Assembly: GCA_037441705.1 (NCBI GenBank)
Contig: JBBIRR010000013.1
Location: forward strand, 1 to 64,000
Direction of reading: 5' to 3'
Length of the DNA: 64,000 bases
Source: Ignavibacteriales bacterium
Lineage (GTDB): Bacteria; Bacteroidota; Ignavibacteria; UBA10030; UBA6906
Positions within the stretch are counted from its first letter, which is position 1. Each line of letters starts with the position of its first letter. Positions 27,434-37,548 of this stretch are shown here, piece by piece. Under the pieces are notes generated by a model. The model did no database searches and was not told where the DNA came from. It saw only the letters and a program-made list of their open reading frames with translations. The translations under genes and the position numbers were made by a program.

Positions 27434-28588
27434 ATGAGTGCACCACGAACGAACATTCTGGGTCTCACCCTCCTCGAGTTATCCGATTTTGCTGAACGCT
27501 TGGGCGAAAAACGCTACCGCGGGAAGCAACTCTTCGATTGGCTGTACACCAGAGGCGCCGACTTTTTCTCCGAGATGACGAGCCTTGCCAAAGTGTTTCG
27601 CGAAAAGCTGGAGGCGGAGGCCTGCATCGAACGCATCAGCATTGTCCGGCAGCAACGCTCGTTGATAGACGGCACCACGAAGTTTCTCATCGGGCTGAAG
27701 GACGGGTTGCATGTGGAAAGTGTGCTGATTCCTCCGCGCCGCTCGTTCAGTGATGACGGAGCGGCCTCGGAAGAAGAGCAGCGGCGGCTTACGCTGTGCA
27801 TTTCGAGTCAGGCGGGCTGCCCGCTGGAGTGCGCCTTTTGCGCAACGGCAACGATGGGATTCCTCCGGAATCTGTCTGCAGGAGAGATCGTTGATCAGGT
27901 CTTACAGATTCGACGCGTAGCACATCGCCCCATCACCAATGTGGTGTTTATGGGAATGGGCGAACCGATGATGAACTACACACACGTCATGAACGCGGTG
28001 AATATTCTCACCAACGGACTGAACATCGCAGCACGGCGCATTACTATCTCCACCGCAGGCTGGGCGGATCGAATTCGGCAAATGGCCGATGACGGTTGCA
28101 AAGCAAAGCTGGCCGTCTCGCTGCATAGTGCCGTGGATGAGACACGCACCAGACTGATGCCCATTACAAAAAAATTCCCGCTCAGAGAGCTCCTGGCTTC
28201 CCTGCGCTATTACCACGAAAAGACGCGCAAGCGCGTCACGTATGAACACATCTTTTTCGACGGCATCAACGATACCGATGTCGAAGTGGACCGGCTGATT
28301 CGATTTGCCCGGCACGTCCCGTGCAAGATCAATATCATTCCCTTCCACTCGATCGCCTTTGCCGGTGTGCACGGTACCGGGGCAGCGCTGCGCCCCTCCC
28401 CCCGCATGCATGAGATTGCCGACCGCCTGCGTGCTGCCAACCTGACCGTATTCATTCGCAGCAACGCAGGAGAGGATATTGATGCGGCATGCGGGCAGCT
28501 TGTTGTGAAGACGCAGCGAGAACAACCACGGCGTGCGAGGCTTTCCGTGCGCAGCACGTCGCGCTCACCGCAACGCCTTCCGGCCTGA
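27434..28588 (+). CDS. rlmN: 23S rRNA/tRNA m2A methyltransferase RlmN
   Basis: CISSQAGCPLECAFCAT radical SAM motif, MGMGEP and DIDAACGQL. Confidence 0.95.
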   Translation: MSAPRTNILGLTLLELSDFAERLGEKRYRGKQLFDWLYTRGADFFSEMTSLAKVFREKLEAEACIERISIVRQQRSLIDGTTKFLIGLKDGLHVESVLIPPRRSFSDDGAASEEEQRRLTLCISSQAGCPLECAFCATATMGFLRNLSAGEIVDQVLQIRRVAHRPITNVVFMGMGEPMMNYTHVMNAVNILTNGLNIAARRITISTAGWADRIRQMADDGCKAKLAVSLHSAVDETRTRLMPITKKFPLRELLASLRYYHEKTRKRVTYEHIFFDGINDTDVEVDRLIRFARHVPCKINIIPFHSIAFAGVHGTGAALRPSPRMHEIADRLRAANLTVFIRSNAGEDIDAACGQLVVKTQREQPRRARLSVRSTSRSPQRLPA

Positions 28589-28645
28589 ACCGATGCCGCC
28601 GATCATGCATTGTACACCATCCGCATACCGACCGTGAAATCAACC

Positions 28646-29290
28646 ATGCGCCTCATTCTCTTTGGACCTCCGGGTGTTGGGAAAGGAACGCAAGCGAAAC
28701 TCCTCGCCCAGGAATTCCACATCCCCCATATCTCCACCGGAGACATGCTCCGCTCTGCCGTTGCCGAAGGAACCGACGTCGGCAGGAAGGCCAAAGCCAT
28801 CATGGACGCGGGCCAGCTTGTGCCCGATGACGTCATGATCGGCATTGTGCGCAACGTTCTCAGTTCACCGAACGTCAAGGACGGCTTCATCCTTGACGGA
28901 TTTCCTCGCACGCTGCAGCAAGCGACAGCCCTCTCGAGTCTGTTCGAGGAACTCCACATTACGAACTATAAAGTTATCAACTTCCGGGCGAACGACGCCG
29001 AAATCATCCGCCGCCTGGGCTCGCGCGTCATGTGTGTGAATGATGGGAAAATCTACAGCACCCTCACCGACGGCGTATCGCTCAACTCCCCCTGTCCGGC
29101 CTGCGGCGGACGTTTGATCCAGCGCGACGATGATGCCGAAGAGACGGTCCGCAAACGACTGGCCGTGTATCACTCTACAACCAAACCTGTGCTGGATTTC
29201 TATCGATCACGCGGGGTCGTGTTCGAAGTTGACGGCATGGCGCCCATCGAAGCAGTTTACCAATCCATTACGAAGATCGTGTGCACCTGA
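28646..29290 (+). CDS. adk: Adenylate kinase
   Basis: GPPGVGKGTQ, HISTGDMLR, LDGFPRT and QRDDD. Confidence 0.96.
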   Translation: MRLILFGPPGVGKGTQAKLLAQEFHIPHISTGDMLRSAVAEGTDVGRKAKAIMDAGQLVPDDVMIGIVRNVLSSPNVKDGFILDGFPRTLQQATALSSLFEELHITNYKVINFRANDAEIIRRLGSRVMCVNDGKIYSTLTDGVSLNSPCPACGGRLIQRDDDAEETVRKRLAVYHSTTKPVLDFYRSRGVVFEVDGMAPIEAVYQSITKIVCT

Positions 29291-30045
29291 TGGACCGTCT
29301 CGCGGCGACCCGGCGCCCTCTGATTGTGGCGCATCGCGGGAGTTCGGGGTCGGCCCCGGAAAACACGCTCGCAGCATTCCGTCAGGCCGTTGCCGATGGC
29401 GCGGACATGATTGAGCTGGACGTCCGTCTGTCACGCGACGGCGAGTTAGTTGTTCTTCACGATCGAACCGTGAATAGAACGACGAACGGACGAGGGAAGG
29501 TTTGGGATTTAACACGCGATGAGTTGAAGGCGTTGGATGCCGGTTCGTGGTTCGGCAGGCGTTTCGCAGGCGAGCGCATCCCCTTCCTGACCGACGTGCT
29601 GGACGTTCTCCCATCCGACCTGCCCATCAACATTGAAGTCAAGACAGACGGTCAGCCCAGAACTGCGCCCACCTTCGAATCTCGGCTCGTCCACTTCATC
29701 CGCGATATGCGCATTGCCCATCGCATTATTGTCTCGTCATTCGACCACGCGTTCCTGCGCCGCCTTCACAGGCTCGATCACTCCCTTGCGATCGGTGTGC
29801 TGTACCTGCCGCTGCGAGACATAGGCCGATCGCCCTCGGCGCTGGCACGCAAGGTTGGAGGATCAGTATTCACGTGCAGCATCACGCAACTGCGGACCCG
29901 GATGGTAGAAGACGCCGTGCACGCCGGCATCGTTGTTGGATGCTATGGCGTCAACACGCTCAAGCAGTTAGGGAAGGCAGTGAGCTGCGGGGTACGCGTG
30001 ATCATCACAGATTATCCGCGCGAGATGAAGAGCTACGTCGTTTAG
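29290..30045 (+). CDS. Glycerophosphodiester phosphodiesterase
   Basis: VAHRG, PENTLAAF, IELDV, HD...RTT, NIEVK and IITDYP. Confidence 0.92.
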   Translation: MDRLAATRRPLIVAHRGSSGSAPENTLAAFRQAVADGADMIELDVRLSRDGELVVLHDRTVNRTTNGRGKVWDLTRDELKALDAGSWFGRRFAGERIPFLTDVLDVLPSDLPINIEVKTDGQPRTAPTFESRLVHFIRDMRIAHRIIVSSFDHAFLRRLHRLDHSLAIGVLYLPLRDIGRSPSALARKVGGSVFTCSITQLRTRMVEDAVHAGIVVGCYGVNTLKQLGKAVSCGVRVIITDYPREMKSYVV

Positions 30046-30048
30046 GAG

Positions 30049-30687
30049 CTACGGAGCAAGGCGCTCAATTTTCCAGCCGCCGTTCGAGTCTTTGCGATAC
30101 ACCAGCCGATCGTGCAAGCGATACTCGCGTCCCTGCCAGAACTCCACCGTATGAGGCGCAACGCGGTAACCGCCCCAGTGTTCGGGCCGGGGCACAACGC
30201 CGTTCTTGTACTGTGCTTGCAGCTCATGGAAGCGGGCGTCCAAGATTTCTCTTCCGGCAATCGGCGTGCTTTGCGGCGAGGCAAGCGCGCCAATCTGACT
30301 GAGAACCGGACGACTGCGGAAGTACGCATCCGATTCTGCCTCCGTCACTCTGCCGACGACACCTTCGACACGCACCTGGCGGTCGAGCGGCTGCCAGTAG
30401 AACACCAACGCGGCCAGCGGGTTTTCCTCCAGTTCTCGCCCTTTCCTGCTGAGATAATTGGTGTAGAAAACGAAGCCGCGTTCGTCAAAGCCCTTCAGCA
30501 GCACGATGCGCGCAGAGACAACACCCGTGCGCGTGGCCGTTGCGAGCGTCATCGCGTTCGCGTCCGGAACGCCTGCATGCAGAGCGTCGTCAAACCAGAG
30601 GCGAAACTGCGCGATCGGATCGCGCATGACGTTGTGTTCGCTGAGCGACTGCCGTGCACGATCAACCCGGGGTGTTGTCGCTACCAT
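30049..30687 (-). CDS. pdxH: Pyridoxamine 5'-phosphate oxidase
   Basis: RIVLLK, FYTNYLSRKG, EFWQGR..RLHDR and C-terminal RLAP. Confidence 0.96.
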   Translation of the reverse strand: MVATTPRVDRARQSLSEHNVMRDPIAQFRLWFDDALHAGVPDANAMTLATATRTGVVSARIVLLKGFDERGFVFYTNYLSRKGRELEENPLAALVFYWQPLDRQVRVEGVVGRVTEAESDAYFRSRPVLSQIGALASPQSTPIAGREILDARFHELQAQYKNGVVPRPEHWGGYRVAPHTVEFWQGREYRLHDRLVYRKDSNGGWKIERLAP

Positions 30688-30695
30688 GTGATCCG

Positions 30696-33122
30696 TTATC
30701 CGAACTTCTTCACCTTCTTTGCGTACAGCGTGAGCTGTTTGTCCACGCGTGCATGGACGAATGCAGCAGGTTTGCTGAAGAGAATCTCGATCCCTTCATC
30801 GATTGTGTTGATGCTGTAGATGTGGAACTTTTTCTGCCTGACCGCTTCAACGACATCGTGACGCAGCATCAGGTCGTCTGCATTCTTGCGGGGAATCAGC
30901 ACGCCCTGCGTGCCGGTCAATCCCCGCGCCTTGCAGACATCAAAGAATCCCTCGATTTTCTGGTTCACGCCTCCGATCGGCTGGATGTTGCCTGCCTGAT
31001 CAACCGAGCCGGTGACCGCGAGGTCCTGACGGATCGGGAGGCCGGAGAGGCTGGAGAGCAACGCATACACTTCGGTGGACGCGGCGCTGTCACCTTCCAC
31101 GCCCGAGTACGATTGTTCGAATGCGATGCTTGCGGTGAGAACAAGGGGTTTGTTTTTCGCGTAGCGATCGCGCAAGTATCCTGAGAGGATCAGCACGCCT
31201 TTGTTATGCGTCGGGCCGCTCAACTCGGCTTCGCGCTCAATGTTCACGATGCCGCCCCTGCCCATGGCCGTCTTCGCCGTTATGCGCGAGGGTTTCCCGA
31301 ACGCATACCCGCTCGTCTCATAGATCGAAAGTCCGTTCACCTGCCCAACAACCGCGCCCTGCGTATCGACGCGCAGCGTGCCGTCGAGAATCATCTCCTG
31401 AATCTTTTCCTCTAACAGTCGCACGCGCTCAATTCGTTCATCTATCGCTTTGCGGACATGCGCGGCGGTGACCGCTTCGGCGCGTTCTTTTCGCGCCCAG
31501 TAATCCGACTCGCGGATGAGATCGGCGATCACCGTAAACCGGGTGGAGAGTTTGTTTTGCCGACCGGCGAGGCGCGCGCCGTATTCCACCACCTCGCTCA
31601 TCGCTGTGCGATCGAACGGCAGCAAATGCTCGTCGCTGCAGACCCGCTTGATGAACGAGACATAGCTGGCAATGGCCTGCCCCACATTCGGCATCTCGGT
31701 ATCAAAATCCGCGCGGATTTTGAAAATCTTCTTGAAGTCATCGTCCAATTCATACAGCAACGAGTAGGTGTACGGGTCGCCGATCATGAGGACTTTGACG
31801 TTGACCTCGATCGGCTCGGGCTTCAGTGCGAGGTAGGAGCCAAACAGTCCCGACTCGGGCGGCTGGATATCCAGCTGGCGATGGCGCAACACGCGCTTGA
31901 GCGACGTCCACACGCCCGGCTCGACCAACGCGTCTTCGGCGTTCAGCACAAGGTAGCCGCCATCAGCTTTCAGGAGCGAGCCGGCTTTGATGTGGGTGAA
32001 ATCCGACCGCCACACGCCGTTGCGATCAACCACGCGCTCGATCGTCCCGAACAGGTTCTTGTACCGCGGGTTGGTTTCGATGATAACCGGCCGGCCTTTC
32101 ACCGCGCTGTTATCCACAATCACGTTCACCTGAAATTCCAGGAACTGATCTTCTTCGCGCTGAACGCCGACACCAAGAACACCGGGCTGTTCCTCACGCG
32201 GCGTGAACCGGTGCACGTTGTTCAGCACGTGCTCTTTGACTTCCTGAAGGTATTCATGCACATCGCGATTGTCATATTTCTCTTCGAGGTCGGCAACCAA
32301 CTCCTCAACGAGAGGTACGACGGTTCGATAGGTCAACTGCTCGGCCGATTTTTTTGCTTTGCGTTCGATGTTGCGCATTTCCCGCATGACATTGTCGAGG
32401 AGTCGTTCCAGCTCCGCCTGGTCTGCCGCAATCTGCTCGAAACGTTCTTTCGACATCTCACCCGCTAGGACCTTCGCGTGGAGTTGATCGAGCGTAACAG
32501 GGTTGCCGTCCTCCACCGGAGCAATCTCCGGGCGCGTTACAACACCGGACTGCACCTGAACCACCTCGAAGCCGCGTTCCTTCACTTTGCGCTCCAGGTC
32601 GCGAAGCACGCTGCGCTGGCGCTCCTGAAAATGTTCGAGGGTCTGTTTCCGCTGTTCGTGGTACCGGCGGCTTTCAAAGAGCGCGGGGATGCCTTTGACC
32701 AACTCATTCAAGAAGGTTTCCATATCCTTCTTGAAGGCGCCGCCTTGACCGGCCGGAAGAATGATCATGCGCGGCGAGTCCGGATCGCGGAAATGGTAGA
32801 CGTAACACTTGTCCGTAAGCTGAGCCGGAAGCTGCTCGAACTCCCGCAGCAACTGCTTGATGGTTGTCGTTCGGCCCGTGCCCGACGCACCGGTCACAAA
32901 CACGTTGTAGCCCTGCTGCATCATCTCCAGCCCGACACGCAGCGCGCGCAGCGCGCGCTCCTGGCCGATGATCTCGGTCACCGGCTCAACTTCTTCGGCC
33001 GCCGCCCCGCCAAGCCCGTTGGGGTCACATCGCCAGCGCAATTGCTCCGGGCGAAGTTCGAAGCGGAATGGTGAACGTGCATGAGGAGATCTGTGTCTGC
33101 GGAACGGTTGACGTCGAGCCAT
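30696..33122 (-). CDS. Lon-family (LonC / AAA_32) protease
   Basis: IIGQERA, GASGTGRTT, G.LLKADGGYL, VGQVNGLS, FEQSYSGVEGDSA (catalytic Ser) and QKIEGF (Lys). True start is probably ATG 33122, overlapping the rodA stop. Confidence 0.9.
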   Translation of the reverse strand: MARRQPFRRHRSPHARSPFRFELRPEQLRWRCDPNGLGGAAAEEVEPVTEIIGQERALRALRVGLEMMQQGYNVFVTGASGTGRTTTIKQLLREFEQLPAQLTDKCYVYHFRDPDSPRMIILPAGQGGAFKKDMETFLNELVKGIPALFESRRYHEQRKQTLEHFQERQRSVLRDLERKVKERGFEVVQVQSGVVTRPEIAPVEDGNPVTLDQLHAKVLAGEMSKERFEQIAADQAELERLLDNVMREMRNIERKAKKSAEQLTYRTVVPLVEELVADLEEKYDNRDVHEYLQEVKEHVLNNVHRFTPREEQPGVLGVGVQREEDQFLEFQVNVIVDNSAVKGRPVIIETNPRYKNLFGTIERVVDRNGVWRSDFTHIKAGSLLKADGGYLVLNAEDALVEPGVWTSLKRVLRHRQLDIQPPESGLFGSYLALKPEPIEVNVKVLMIGDPYTYSLLYELDDDFKKIFKIRADFDTEMPNVGQAIASYVSFIKRVCSDEHLLPFDRTAMSEVVEYGARLAGRQNKLSTRFTVIADLIRESDYWARKERAEAVTAAHVRKAIDERIERVRLLEEKIQEMILDGTLRVDTQGAVVGQVNGLSIYETSGYAFGKPSRITAKTAMGRGGIVNIEREAELSGPTHNKGVLILSGYLRDRYAKNKPLVLTASIAFEQSYSGVEGDSAASTEVYALLSSLSGLPIRQDLAVTGSVDQAGNIQPIGGVNQKIEGFFDVCKARGLTGTQGVLIPRKNADDLMLRHDVVEAVRQKKFHIYSINTIDEGIEILFSKPAAFVHARVDKQLTLYAKKVKKFG

Positions 33123-34339
33123 TAGTATTCTTTGCGATGAGCGTAGAGGTTCAATAGCAGTCCGATCATGATCATGTCGGCCACAAGGGCAGACCCGCCG
33201 TAGCTGAGGAAGGGCAGAGGGACGCCGACCACCGGCGTCAACCCCAGCGCCATGCCGATGTTGATGAAGATGTGTGTCGCGAAAACTCCCGTAATGCCAA
33301 CGGCAACGAAACTTGCGTACGCGTTTTTTACGATCGAAGCAATTCGAATGCCGCTGTAGAGGAGGAGGCCGAACAACAGCAGAATGCCTGCCGCGCCGAC
33401 AAACCCGAGTTCTTCTCCGGGGACACAGAAAATAAAGTCGGTCCACTGTGCCGGAATGAAATTCAGCTGCGTCTGCGTTCCCTGGAGGTATCCTTTGCCG
33501 AAGAACCCTCCCGAGCCAATCGCGATCTTCGACTGCAGGACGTTATATCCTGCCCCGAGTGGGTCGGCGTTTGGATCGAGGAAGGTCTCGATCCTCTTCT
33601 GCTGATACGGCCGGAGTTGGCTGTGGATGGACTGTACCGAAATCCCCACCAACACAATGACGGAAAACAGGACGGCGGCGGAAATCGTGTTGTGCTTCGT
33701 TATCCACAGCAGGATGCCGAGCACGACAACGCTGATGAGAAAGGTCGTGGGACCGATGAGCGCCGCGATGGCAACGACCCCCGGCGAGAGCAGAGCAAGA
33801 ATAGTGAACAACGATGACCCTCCCCAATACAACACCGGCAGTAACATGCCGAAGAAGATCATCGCCGTTCCCATATCCGGCTGCTTGAGAATCAACGCAA
33901 CCGGTACGAGGACGATCGCTACGGGAATCAGGATATCTTTTGTCCGAGAAAGCTGCACGTCGCTGCGCGAGAGATACACTGCCAGCGCGAGGACGGTTGC
34001 AACCTTTGCAAACTCGGCAGGCTGTACGCTGAAGGGTCCAACCTGCAACCAGCTCTGCGAGCCGGACACCTGCTTGCCGATGAGCAGCACCGTGACAAGC
34101 ATGAGAATGGCCAGGAAGTACACAGGCAGTGAAATCCGCTGCAGGGTTCGCAAGGGCGTCAGCGCAGCAGCCACCAGGAGGACCACGCCGATCCCTGTTG
34201 CCACGAGCTGCTTGAAGAACAGCTCCGACATCTTTGCATCGAACGTTGCGCTGTAGATCGAAATCAACCCCATGATCGCGAGGCCGACCGCGGCGATCAG
34301 GGTCGGCGCATCAACCCGCTCTCGCAGAAACGTCGTCAT
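33122..34339 (-). CDS. rodA: Rod shape-determining protein RodA (SEDS)
   Basis: QPAEFAK, KQPDMGT, IGSGG, TDFIF and PFLSYGGS. Confidence 0.96.
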   Translation of the reverse strand: MTTFLRERVDAPTLIAAVGLAIMGLISIYSATFDAKMSELFFKQLVATGIGVVLLVAAALTPLRTLQRISLPVYFLAILMLVTVLLIGKQVSGSQSWLQVGPFSVQPAEFAKVATVLALAVYLSRSDVQLSRTKDILIPVAIVLVPVALILKQPDMGTAMIFFGMLLPVLYWGGSSLFTILALLSPGVVAIAALIGPTTFLISVVVLGILLWITKHNTISAAVLFSVIVLVGISVQSIHSQLRPYQQKRIETFLDPNADPLGAGYNVLQSKIAIGSGGFFGKGYLQGTQTQLNFIPAQWTDFIFCVPGEELGFVGAAGILLLFGLLLYSGIRIASIVKNAYASFVAVGITGVFATHIFINIGMALGLTPVVGVPLPFLSYGGSALVADMIMIGLLLNLYAHRKEY

Positions 34340-34340
34340 C

Positions 34341-36224
34341 TCAGTCTGCCCCTCCGTTCAAAGGTTCCGGCGGCGTGGCTGCCGCGTGAGCAGCTCGGCG
34401 ATGCGTTACGCTGGTATCGCGCGCCTGCACGTCACGGGGCATTCCATCGTTGCGGATGAGGCGCCCGTACAGATACTTCTCGATACACATCCCCGCAATC
34501 GGCGCTGCGAAGCGTCCGCCGAAGCCCGCGTTTTCCACCAACACGGCGACGGCAATCTTTGGATTGTCAAACGGAGCAAAGCCGATGTACCAAGCATGAT
34601 CATCGCCGTGCGGGTTCTGCGCCGTGCCGGTCTTTCCGGCACTCACGATCCCCCTGACGCGTGCGTTGGCAGCAGTTCCGCCGGGCTCTTGCACCACACG
34701 ACGCATCCCCTCACGCACATACGACCACGTTTCTTCCGAACACTGAATCTCGCGCCGCAGTACCGGCGGAAGCACTTTCGTCGTGTCGTGAATGCGGTCC
34801 ACAAGTTTGGCCACAGTGTGCGGCTGATAGAACTTCCCTTTGTTGGCAAGCAGCATCGCGTAGCACGCCATCTGGATCGGCGTCACACCCAACTCGCCCT
34901 GCCCGATGCCGAGACTGACGAGAAAGCCGCGCGTCCATCCGCGCTCGCCGTAGCGCCTGTTCATGAACTCCGTGGTGGGAAGCAGGCCGGGACTTTCCTC
35001 CGAGATGTCCAGACCCGTCTGCTGCCCGAAGCCGAACAGCGCCGCATATTCCGACCATGTGTCGAGGCCGACTTGCAGCATGAGTTTGTAAAAGAACACG
35101 TTGCACGAGACCTGAATTGCCTCGATCACGTTGACCGAACCGTGGACGTGCAGGTCCTTAAAAACTTTGTTCCCAAAAACAAACGCGCCCGTGCATTGCA
35201 TGCGCGTGTTCGGAGTAATGATGCCTTTCTCGAGCGCTGCAACAGCGAGTACCATCTTGAAGGTTGAACCGGGCGGGTAGCGCGTGAGCGTTGCGCGATT
35301 GAACAGCGGCCGATCGGGATCGGTATTCAAGTCGCGCCACAACTCCTTTGGCGTGATGCCGCTGAGACCGGCCAGCGGAAAGTCCGGCTTGCTGACGAAC
35401 GCGAGAATGCCCCCGTCGGTTGGATCAAGGGCAACCAACGCGCCGCGCTTATCGGCAAACAACGACTCTGCAAACTCCTGCAGCGAAAAGTCCATCGTGA
35501 GGTAGAGATCGTTACCGTCAACGGCCGGGCGGTTCGCGCGCCCCCCGTCGAACCTCTTCACAATCTGCCCGCGGGCATTGACGGTGCTGTACTCCGCCCC
35601 CTTCTTGCCGCGAATGGCCCACTCGTAGCGGGCCTCCAGACCCGTCGCACCGGTAATGTCTCCCTGCGAGTACTCTTGCGGGTCGAGCATTTTCAGTTTC
35701 TCTTCAGAGACTTCACGTGTGTAGCCGAGGATGTGCGACGCGGAGGCTTTCGTCGGATACGTGCGCATGGACTCGATCTGGTAGTCAACGCCGGGGAGAC
35801 GCGTGTAATTCTCTTCGATCGTCGCTACCGTCTTCACATCCACGTCGCGCTTGACGCGCACCGGAACGAAGCGCGAATACTGTGCCCCTTTCCGAATGCG
35901 CTCGTCCAATGCTTGTTCGGACATCTCGAGAAGACGCGCCAGGTACGGAAGGTTCGCCCGATCGAACTCGTACGGCATCACCGTCACCGTGAACGAGGGA
36001 CGGTTGTCCACCACCAGCCGCCCCTGCCGGTCGTAGATGTAGCCGCGGATCGGCTCCTTGGGAATGATGCGCACGCTGTTCTCTTCTGCCTGCTGCCCGT
36101 ATTGCTCTCCATACAACCATTGCAGCTGAATCAGTCGAGCGAACAACACGACAAACACAGCGGAGAAGACGACATACATCACCCGCCGCTTTTGATGGAC
36201 AAGCATGTCATCAAGAACGGGCAT
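34341..36224 (-). CDS. mrdA: Penicillin-binding protein 2
   Basis: RGYIYDR, PGSTFK (SxxK), SCN (SxN) and KTGT. Confidence 0.96.
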   Translation of the reverse strand: MPVLDDMLVHQKRRVMYVVFSAVFVVLFARLIQLQWLYGEQYGQQAEENSVRIIPKEPIRGYIYDRQGRLVVDNRPSFTVTVMPYEFDRANLPYLARLLEMSEQALDERIRKGAQYSRFVPVRVKRDVDVKTVATIEENYTRLPGVDYQIESMRTYPTKASASHILGYTREVSEEKLKMLDPQEYSQGDITGATGLEARYEWAIRGKKGAEYSTVNARGQIVKRFDGGRANRPAVDGNDLYLTMDFSLQEFAESLFADKRGALVALDPTDGGILAFVSKPDFPLAGLSGITPKELWRDLNTDPDRPLFNRATLTRYPPGSTFKMVLAVAALEKGIITPNTRMQCTGAFVFGNKVFKDLHVHGSVNVIEAIQVSCNVFFYKLMLQVGLDTWSEYAALFGFGQQTGLDISEESPGLLPTTEFMNRRYGERGWTRGFLVSLGIGQGELGVTPIQMACYAMLLANKGKFYQPHTVAKLVDRIHDTTKVLPPVLRREIQCSEETWSYVREGMRRVVQEPGGTAANARVRGIVSAGKTGTAQNPHGDDHAWYIGFAPFDNPKIAVAVLVENAGFGGRFAAPIAGMCIEKYLYGRLIRNDGMPRDVQARDTSVTHRRAAHAAATPPEPLNGGAD

Positions 36225-36227
36225 GCG

Positions 36228-36716
36228 CTACTGATACCTCCTGCGAAACAAAGACATGGGTATGATGGCCAGAGCTGTGGTGTAAAGCGTCGAAGGGATG
36301 CCATGCCAGGCAATCGCCTGCCACCAGCCGACATCGCTGCCGCGAAGAAAGATAAGGAAATAGATTGCATTATGCAGCAAGGCGGCAAGTCCTACAGCCA
36401 CAACAAATCGCGCCGACGAGAGCGTTTGTTCGATCTTATTTTCTTGATAAAAATATCCTGCGAGGAATCCTGCAAGGGATTTCGACAGCGCGGCAAGTCC
36501 CAACATCCCATCATGCCCGCTCAGGAGATCCATCAGGAGACCGATGCTGAAACCGACCAGCGTCGCTGGAATCTGACCGAACTGAATTGCTAGATACACA
36601 ACCCAGATCAACAGCACATCGGGCACGGCGGTACCGAGCGTGACAGTATTGACCAGCGTTGTATGCAGGAGGACGAGAAGAACCGAGATAGAACCAACAG
36701 AGAAGACCCGCCGCAT
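36228..36716 (-). CDS. mreD: Rod shape-determining protein MreD
   Basis: Hydrophobic protein with GLLMDLLSG...LG motif, located between mreC and mrdA. Confidence 0.88.
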   Translation of the reverse strand: MRRVFSVGSISVLLVLLHTTLVNTVTLGTAVPDVLLIWVVYLAIQFGQIPATLVGFSIGLLMDLLSGHDGMLGLAALSKSLAGFLAGYFYQENKIEQTLSSARFVVAVGLAALLHNAIYFLIFLRGSDVGWWQAIAWHGIPSTLYTTALAIIPMSLFRRRYQ

Positions 36717-36720
36717 GGGG

Positions 36721-37548
36721 CTACTTCATGCGTTGTTCAAGAGCGACACGCGAGGAATCGGGCACGCGGGTTATGACGAATACTTCTTCCATCCGGGAAA
36801 AGTCCACCGCCGGTGTGACCTCGATCGTGTGAAAGAGCGCGCCTTGTTCCAGCGTGACTCGGGAAACAATCCCGATCCGGATTCCCGGAGGGAAAATGCT
36901 GCTGTAGGGAGACGTGACAACAACATCCCCCGGCTTGACGTTTGCCGAGCGCGGGGTGTTCTTCATCCGCAAGATCCGATCGTCGCCGTCCCAATAAACG
37001 ATGCCGTCGACGCGCTCGCGTTCGACCTGGGCGCTCACACGAACATCTTTGTGGTGCAGAATCTGAGCGACCGAGTAACCATCGCTGGTGGCGGCAATCT
37101 TCCCCACAAGCCCGGCATCGGTCACCACGGCCATGTTCTGCTTCACGCCGTCGCGTTCTCCCACATCCAGCGTAATCGTCGTCCGCATCGGCTGCGCATT
37201 TTTGCCGACGACGTTGGCGGCAACGTAGGTGAAGGGGAGGCGGTCCTTCAATCCCAGAAGCCGCCGGAGGCGGAAGTTTTCGAGTTTCGCTTCGCGCAGC
37301 AGGCTGACTTCGTTGGCAAGCTGGACGTTGCGCTCGCGCAGAACTGAGTTCTCGCGCTGCAGCGCCAGAACATTTGGAATAAGACTGAGCACCTGCTGCA
37401 GTATTCCGATACCGGCGATCGCTGCAGAGCGCAGCTCACGAATCTGCGGCGTGTTGTTCATCGCGAGGAGGTTCAACGAGACGACGATGCACGCGGCAAG
37501 CGTGACGTACTCCTTGAACGTCGAGAAGATGTTACGCAGGATGTTCAA
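36721..37548 (-). CDS. mreC: Rod shape-determining protein MreC
   Basis: TM plus coiled coil (ENFRLRRLL), GLVGKI and IFPPGIRIG. Confidence 0.94.
   Translation of the reverse strand: MNILRNIFSTFKEYVTLAACIVVSLNLLAMNNTPQIRELRSAAIAGIGILQQVLSLIPNVLALQRENSVLRERNVQLANEVSLLREAKLENFRLRRLLGLKDRLPFTYVAANVVGKNAQPMRTTITLDVGERDGVKQNMAVVTDAGLVGKIAATSDGYSVAQILHHKDVRVSAQVERERVDGIVYWDGDDRILRMKNTPRSANVKPGDVVVTSPYSSIFPPGIRIGIVSRVTLEQGALFHTIEVTPAVDFSRMEEVFVITRVPDSSRVALEQRMK

Noticed and set aside
33123-33446. 108-aa N-terminal extension of the Lon-like ORF in the track
   Set aside because: It overlaps rodA in another frame. ATG 33122 coupled to the rodA stop is the more plausible start.
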